Assembly (NCBI GenBank): GCA_038888155.1 | Contig: JAWAJB010000035.1 | Coordinates: 1-11,023, forward strand | Direction of reading: 5' to 3' | Length of the DNA stretch: 11,023 nt | Source of the DNA: Desulfurococcaceae archaeon | GTDB taxonomy: Archaea > Thermoproteota > Thermoprotei_A > Sulfolobales > Desulfurococcaceae | Shown here: positions 6,413 through 11,023 of the stretch, one piece after another | Layout of the letters: every line of letters begins with the position of its first letter | Position numbering within the stretch: the first letter of the stretch is position 1 | Position numbers and translations under genes: made by a program | The notes under the pieces: generated by a model | The model's input: the letters and a program-made list of their open reading frames with translations, nothing else | Told to the model about the DNA's origin: nothing | The model's database searches: none

Positions 6413-8230
6413 TCACTTGATTACGAGTAAATAGTATAGGTTTGAATATATCACGCCTTCCCCATTATCAATGACATAGTATAATGGTCTGCGATAGAGG
6501 CTATAGTAGCCTAAAGGTCCTGGGAATACTTTATCGGAGATTGGCATTGGAATAACTACGTTTGCACGCCTCTCTAGGAGTTCTATCATTGCTTCCGATG
6601 CCGTGAGTTCTGGTCTAATGAAACCGTGTGTAGGAATTTTTGGCTTATTCCATAAGAGGTCACATAACCCGAAGCCTGTGTACGGCTGAACACAGAGAAA
6701 CCTGTAAGTACTATCTTCAACTAAAGAATTATTCAGGAACCTTAAGGTATCGAGCACGAAAGGCGAGATAGCTCCTTGGGTCCACACTGGGTAGGTGTAT
6801 AAGTCTCCTTCTAAGCTCGTAATATAAGGACCTATATGTATAGAATAATTCGCGATAAACCCCAGAGAGAGGAGTATAAGAGATAACGACCCAACGATAA
6901 ACTGTCTAGAAAAACCTCGAACCTCGGGTACTTTATATTTAGCTAAGTAATAAAGAATGTTTACGGTAAAGAAAAATTGTATCAAAGGTAAAGCTCTACT
7001 GCCACTCATAAAACTCCCTACTCCAATCCATCCCACTAACCACGTTAGTGACGATGAAATTAATAGAGTAAACAATGCGAACCTCTCGGTGTTTACATTG
7101 CTGGCCTGGTACTTTTTCCCGGGATATACTATATGTTTAATTACGGAGAGAGTGTACAAGCCAATACCTCCTAGTATGATAAGATTCTTTGTGTATTGAC
7201 TAATCAAATATTTAACCAAGTCTACAATAGAAATATACGGATTGTACTCAACGATACTTCTTGCAATCTCTAACTCGTATGCATACAGTTTAACGATCCT
7301 CTGAACACCTTGTACAAGGGTTAGCCCCATTAGATAAACGTCAACGAATATCTCGTATACCAAGAAAAGTGCTCCAACCACTATTAATGCGCTGATCAAT
7401 CCTCTTATACCTATATGAAGAGACCGGTTCCTAATTAATACCAATGATGCTAGAGATATTAGAGCAATGAAAAACAATGTTATTGTAGCTGTTGAAAGGT
7501 GGGTTGCTAGAAGTCCTAAGTATGCGATAATTAACATCAGAACATGCCTTGTTGTAAATCGGATCTTTGATATGAAAGTGATTGTTATGTAGTACGCTAT
7601 AAGAGCCACATACGCGTAAGCTAATTCGACTCCGCCGTAGTAAGGCAGGTACAACGTGAAAAGGGTTAGTAGTGAGAGTATCAATAGATGAATAGACTTG
7701 TTGAGAGCATTTGCTGGAATAACTAAAGCGGTCAGTAATGTGGCGTACGTTATGTAAGACGCTAGTAATACAATAGACATCGACACTGGTAGAGGAGTTA
7801 GCTGGCTGATTATTTTAAGTACCGCTGGCAAAACACCATTTCCAGGATGATGACCGTATTGGTCTGAGTAAAACAGTTCATTGTTAACTGGTATGTATCC
7901 TTTCTCAGCAACCCATAAAGCAAACGAATAATGAGCAGAGGAGTCCCATGGACCATACAACCATGAGTCGTTAGGGTATTTTAAAAGAGGTAGGTAAATA
8001 ACCATGGCAACCATAATAATATACGTAGATAACACTGATGCTTTTACTGTTTGAAACGCGTGTTTAGCTATTAATGAGATAATGACTAGAAAAGTAATAG
8101 TCTCTAAAACTATATTGTCCAATGGCATTGCATCTACGAAGACTTTGAATTTTATTAACGATATGGTAATAATATAAATTGTTGTTACAACCAGTATTGT
8201 AAAAAACGAGAGAAAGCTTTTCTCTCTCAT
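6413..8230 (-). CDS. Polytopic membrane protein, putative GT-C-fold glycan polymerase/transferase
   Basis: 605 aa with a dozen or more hydrophobic segments by eye. An early loop reads GPWDSSAHY...GYIP...QYGHHP, a late loop carries Arg (GSRALP), and there is a soluble C-terminal domain. It is flanked by GT genes. No WWDYG motif, so it is not AglB. The CDS is secure; the function is inferred. Confidence 0.6.
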   Translation of the reverse strand: MREKSFLSFFTILVVTTIYIITISLIKFKVFVDAMPLDNIVLETITFLVIISLIAKHAFQTVKASVLSTYIIMVAMVIYLPLLKYPNDSWLYGPWDSSAHYSFALWVAEKGYIPVNNELFYSDQYGHHPGNGVLPAVLKIISQLTPLPVSMSIVLLASYITYATLLTALVIPANALNKSIHLLILSLLTLFTLYLPYYGGVELAYAYVALIAYYITITFISKIRFTTRHVLMLIIAYLGLLATHLSTATITLFFIALISLASLVLIRNRSLHIGIRGLISALIVVGALFLVYEIFVDVYLMGLTLVQGVQRIVKLYAYELEIARSIVEYNPYISIVDLVKYLISQYTKNLIILGGIGLYTLSVIKHIVYPGKKYQASNVNTERFALFTLLISSSLTWLVGWIGVGSFMSGSRALPLIQFFFTVNILYYLAKYKVPEVRGFSRQFIVGSLSLILLSLGFIANYSIHIGPYITSLEGDLYTYPVWTQGAISPFVLDTLRFLNNSLVEDSTYRFLCVQPYTGFGLCDLLWNKPKIPTHGFIRPELTASEAMIELLERRANVVIPMPISDKVFPGPLGYYSLYRRPLYYVIDNGEGVIYSNLYYLLVIK

Positions 8231-8235
8231 ATCCC

Positions 8236-9441
8236 TTAACCCTTGTCCAGTAAATGCTTTATGATAATTAATAGTATACGTGCCCCTAAGACTCTGTCCA
8301 CTTTGCTTCTATAATTTTCTACCTTAATCTTGATCCTTGAATGTGCATCTTTTAGCATCAGAGTCTTTAATGAATGTTCAACACAGTCTAAATCACTCGG
8401 TCTGCAAACAAAACCTAAACCATTTTCTTCCACTAATCTCCACAGCTCACTATCCTTGTCGCAAAGAACTAAAACAGGTAATCCAAGAGCGATATACTCA
8501 TAAAACTTTACTGGGATTGCGTAATCAAAAATAGGAGAAGCAGATAATGGAACGATACCGATGTCTGACGCCGATAGAACTTCAACAAGTCTTCTCGTGT
8601 CTAGGTTGCCAAGATAAATAACTATATTTTCTGATACTAACGAGTTAATGAGTCGTTGATGCATCTTATCTACGATGGGGCCAGCTAATATTAATTTAAT
8701 TTTTCGATTGCTAAATGTATTCAGCTTTCTTACCAAGATCATAACCTTAATTAACTCATGGTATCCGCCAATCATACCTGTATAAGCTATAAGGAATGTG
8801 TCATCATCCATTCCCAACAACTGTCGTGCGACTACCCTATCTATACTTTTAAATACTGCTAGATCAGCCCCATTCGGAACGACCACTACATTTTTCAACG
8901 ACTTTTTTTCCAATCTCGCCTTAAGATTCTCTGTAACTGCTGTGACAAGGTGAGCTCTTGAACATATGGAGTAGTAAACACGACACAAAGTGTTGATAAA
9001 CTTAATGATTAATGTGTTTTGACCAGTCCGCGTCAAAGTACTATGAAATGATGTTTCTGGAGGGTCTCGTATATCAACAACGAGTTTTGCTTTAACTATT
9101 CTAGCACCTACATAACTTGGTATTAATATGCTATACTCAGGCACACTTGCTAAGATTATTTTTGGTCTGAGATGCATAATGTAGAATACAAGAGGAAATG
9201 ACAAAACAACGTTCAATAAATTGGCCAACAAAAACCTCGAAGAAATTAAGGGAAGAACATAGGTTAAGCACTTGCTAATTGGTTTTAAGACTTCATAACT
9301 ATATAGCATTTTAAAACCAACACATGTCAAATTCACATTATTCCTAGACAGAAAATCTAAGAAATAACCAATCCGCCTATAAGCAGCTGTACCTCTCAAA
9401 AAATATGTACTTATGACAAGAACATCACCAGCTCTTCTCAT
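8236..9441 (-). CDS. Glycosyltransferase family 4 (WbuB-like subfamily)
   Basis: AAYRRI, VVDIRDP, VPNGAD, YTGMIG, and PVKFYEYIALGLPV (the PxKxxEY variant of the GT4 nucleotide-binding motif). Confidence 0.9.
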   Translation of the reverse strand: MRRAGDVLVISTYFLRGTAAYRRIGYFLDFLSRNNVNLTCVGFKMLYSYEVLKPISKCLTYVLPLISSRFLLANLLNVVLSFPLVFYIMHLRPKIILASVPEYSILIPSYVGARIVKAKLVVDIRDPPETSFHSTLTRTGQNTLIIKFINTLCRVYYSICSRAHLVTAVTENLKARLEKKSLKNVVVVPNGADLAVFKSIDRVVARQLLGMDDDTFLIAYTGMIGGYHELIKVMILVRKLNTFSNRKIKLILAGPIVDKMHQRLINSLVSENIVIYLGNLDTRRLVEVLSASDIGIVPLSASPIFDYAIPVKFYEYIALGLPVLVLCDKDSELWRLVEENGLGFVCRPSDLDCVEHSLKTLMLKDAHSRIKIKVENYRSKVDRVLGARILLIIIKHLLDKG

Positions 9442-9774
9442 AATCCCATCCTTTTACTGTTAATATTGACTATCAAACACTAGTGTACATCAAGTATACT
9501 CCAATATAATAAGTATCTAAACTAGTGTGATATAATCTTTTAATTTTTAATTTTAAATCAATATAACACATTTCTCAACATCAACTTGTCAAGAAAACAT
9601 CTCTTTCTAACATACTTTAATCAGTTGACAAAGAGTCTTATCTGTATTTTTCTCAGATCTGATGGAATAGATTAAGCTATTACTTATATCAGCGATCACG
9701 GCTTCGGATATTGGTGAATGGATTCGGTGTCATAATGGATTCCTATCGAGACTCACGTCTCCTCTCAGCTAGGT

Positions 9775-10150
9775 TTAACATATACGTATATATTTTTCAT
9801 AAAATGATTGCGGGGATTAAAGCTCTCTATAAACTTCTTTTATTCTATCCCCCCGTTTTTTCTGTCAAAATTTTTAATTATTTGTTTAAGTTCTTCATAT
9901 GAGTTAAAAATTAGTTCGTTATCTAAATTTTGACTATTTCCGGCAATCCTCCTTTGTTCATTGTTATTACTGGTGTTCCCACTGAAATAGCTTCTAATGC
10001 TATCAATGTGTAGTTCTCTGGATATATGGATGGCACTTTCAATAGACTTAGATTTTATGCATACTAGGAGATGAACTTTATTGTTCGATTTATGACTGTT
10101 AATAAATTCGGATACTTTAATTTTAGACTTCCGCTTCCGGCGATGAGTGT
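9775..10150 (-). pseudogene. Degraded C-terminal half of a GT4 glycosyltransferase
   Basis: Across frameshifts: LIAGSGSL/VSEFINSHKSNNKVHLL/VPSIYPENYTLIALEAISVGTPVITMNKGGLPEIV (9932-10036)/LDNELIFNSYEELKQII/RIKEVYREL*SPQSFYEKYIRIC*. The EX7E motif is intact. No N-terminal domain is present. Confidence 0.88.
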
Positions 10151-10164
10151 GTTGTCATCAATTT

Positions 10165-10329
10165 CAAGTGTTGAAACTATGAAGTAGCTTATTAATGAAC
10201 ATTTTTAATCCACATACGTTTAGTTAGATAACCATTTTTGCTAAGTGTGATCGACACAAGTGGGCAAGTAGATTTTCCTGTTCCATCCGGTCCGCAAAAA
10301 GCGATCACATAGGTATTAGGGATCTTCAT
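10165..10329 (-). pseudogene. N-terminal fragment of a thymidylate-kinase-like P-loop kinase
   Basis: ATG 10329 overlaps the upstream GT by 14 nt and reads MKIPNTYVIAFCGPDGTGKSTCPLVSITLSKNGYLTKRMWIKNVH* (stop 10192-10194). It continues after a frameshift as LISYFIVSTLE. IAFCGPDGTGKST matches the TMPK-type Walker A (hhFxGxDGxGKST). Confidence 0.8.
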
Positions 10330-11023
10330 TTATTCCATCGACCATAAGTCGTAGGTATTTTTCCGCGTTTACCTGCCATGAAAAGTGTTTTCTAACGTGA
10401 TTTAAGCCATTGACGGAGAGTTTTTTTCTTAGATTTTCATCGGCTAGTATGGATTCCAATGTTTTAGCAAGCTCTTCAGGATTAGGTCTTTCAACTAATA
10501 GGCCTGTAGCCTCGTGTCTCACAACCTCAGGTACTCCGCTTACTTTTGTTGCGACGACTGTGGAGCCGCAAGCCATGGCTTCTAAAATGGTTGCCGGTAG
10601 GCCTTCAAAAACGGATGGTAAAACGTATACGTATGCTAACGAATAGAGATATTTGAGGATAGACCCAGGCACTTTTCCGATGAAAAACACGCGATTCAAA
10701 ACACCGCATTTCTCTGCTAGGCTTAAACACATCTCTATGTACCGTGTATCTCCACTACCTGCGATGATCAATGACCACGACTTATCATCAAGCGTGCAGA
10801 GGGATTTAATCAATAAGTGTAAACCCTTACGTGGTTCAAGCCTGCTAATGAAAAGTAAGATCTTCTCGCCACCCGTAAGTTCCTTATATCCCCTTAAAGC
10901 CAGTAGTTTATTCATAATTTTTAAGGCCTTGTTCAGCGGCTGAGGCTTGAACGTATCAACGTCTACGGAGTTTGGAATCATTGCAATTCTCTCTCTAGGG
11001 ATTTGATAAAGACTCGTTAAGAT
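10316..11023 (-). CDS. Glycosyltransferase family 4, 5' part outside window
   Basis: The frame is open to the window edge (ILTSLYQIPRERIAMIPNSVD...). Motifs SRLEPRKG, IAGSG, EX7E in EGLPATILEAMACG, and GVPEVV are present. The ORF-track start at 10981 is an internal Met. Confidence 0.93.
   Translation of the reverse strand: MLTSLYQIPRERIAMIPNSVDVDTFKPQPLNKALKIMNKLLALRGYKELTGGEKILLFISRLEPRKGLHLLIKSLCTLDDKSWSLIIAGSGDTRYIEMCLSLAEKCGVLNRVFFIGKVPGSILKYLYSLAYVYVLPSVFEGLPATILEAMACGSTVVATKVSGVPEVVRHEATGLLVERPNPEELAKTLESILADENLRKKLSVNGLNHVRKHFSWQVNAEKYLRLMVDGINEDP

Noticed and set aside
4369-8534. Plus-strand ORFs 4369-4605, 4831-5034, 5808-6029, 6957-7199, 8337-8534
   Set aside because: They are antisense shadows of well-supported minus-strand genes.
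9442-9774. Possible further gene remnant on the minus strand (GAGGAG then GTG near 9755; open stretch HSPISEAVIADISNSLIYSIRS...)
   Set aside because: It is probably decayed coding DNA, but I cannot recognise any motif; BLASTX is needed.
9711-10943. Plus-strand ORFs 9711-9902, 10410-10646, 10653-10943
   Set aside because: They are antisense to the GT4 remnant and the intact GT4, with no recognisable features.
1-11023. CRISPR array, IS element, tRNA/rRNA genes
   Set aside because: No periodic repeats, transposase motifs, terminal inverted repeats or RNA gene signatures were seen by eye.

Overview
This window is the distal part of an archaeal surface-glycan (S-layer/N-glycan or EPS) biosynthesis cluster on the minus strand; a Thermoproteota-like host is inferred from the Shine-Dalgarno signal and codon style. 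In transcription order it holds: a GT4 glycosyltransferase (5' end outside the window), a degraded thymidylate-kinase-like P-loop fragment joined to a degraded GT4 3' half, a WbuB-like GT4, a 605-aa polytopic GT-C-like membrane protein, an enolase-superfamily enzyme, a GT4, a heavily degraded MetW-like SAM methyltransferase pseudogene, wecC and wecB. A small TIGR04076-like Cys protein converges on wecB from the plus strand. The most unusual element is the enolase-superfamily enzyme. It is coupled to a glycosyltransferase gene, has His where the muconate-lactonizing subgroup has its second catalytic Lys, has a basic C-terminal tail, and probably starts at a non-canonical ATT behind a 12-nt perfect SD. 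It is a candidate new uronic-acid C5 epimerase or glycan-modifying enzyme. The three pseudogene remnants are missing from the ORF track. A codon-usage switch inside wecC suggests the AT-rich cassette was swapped in by recombination within wecC.
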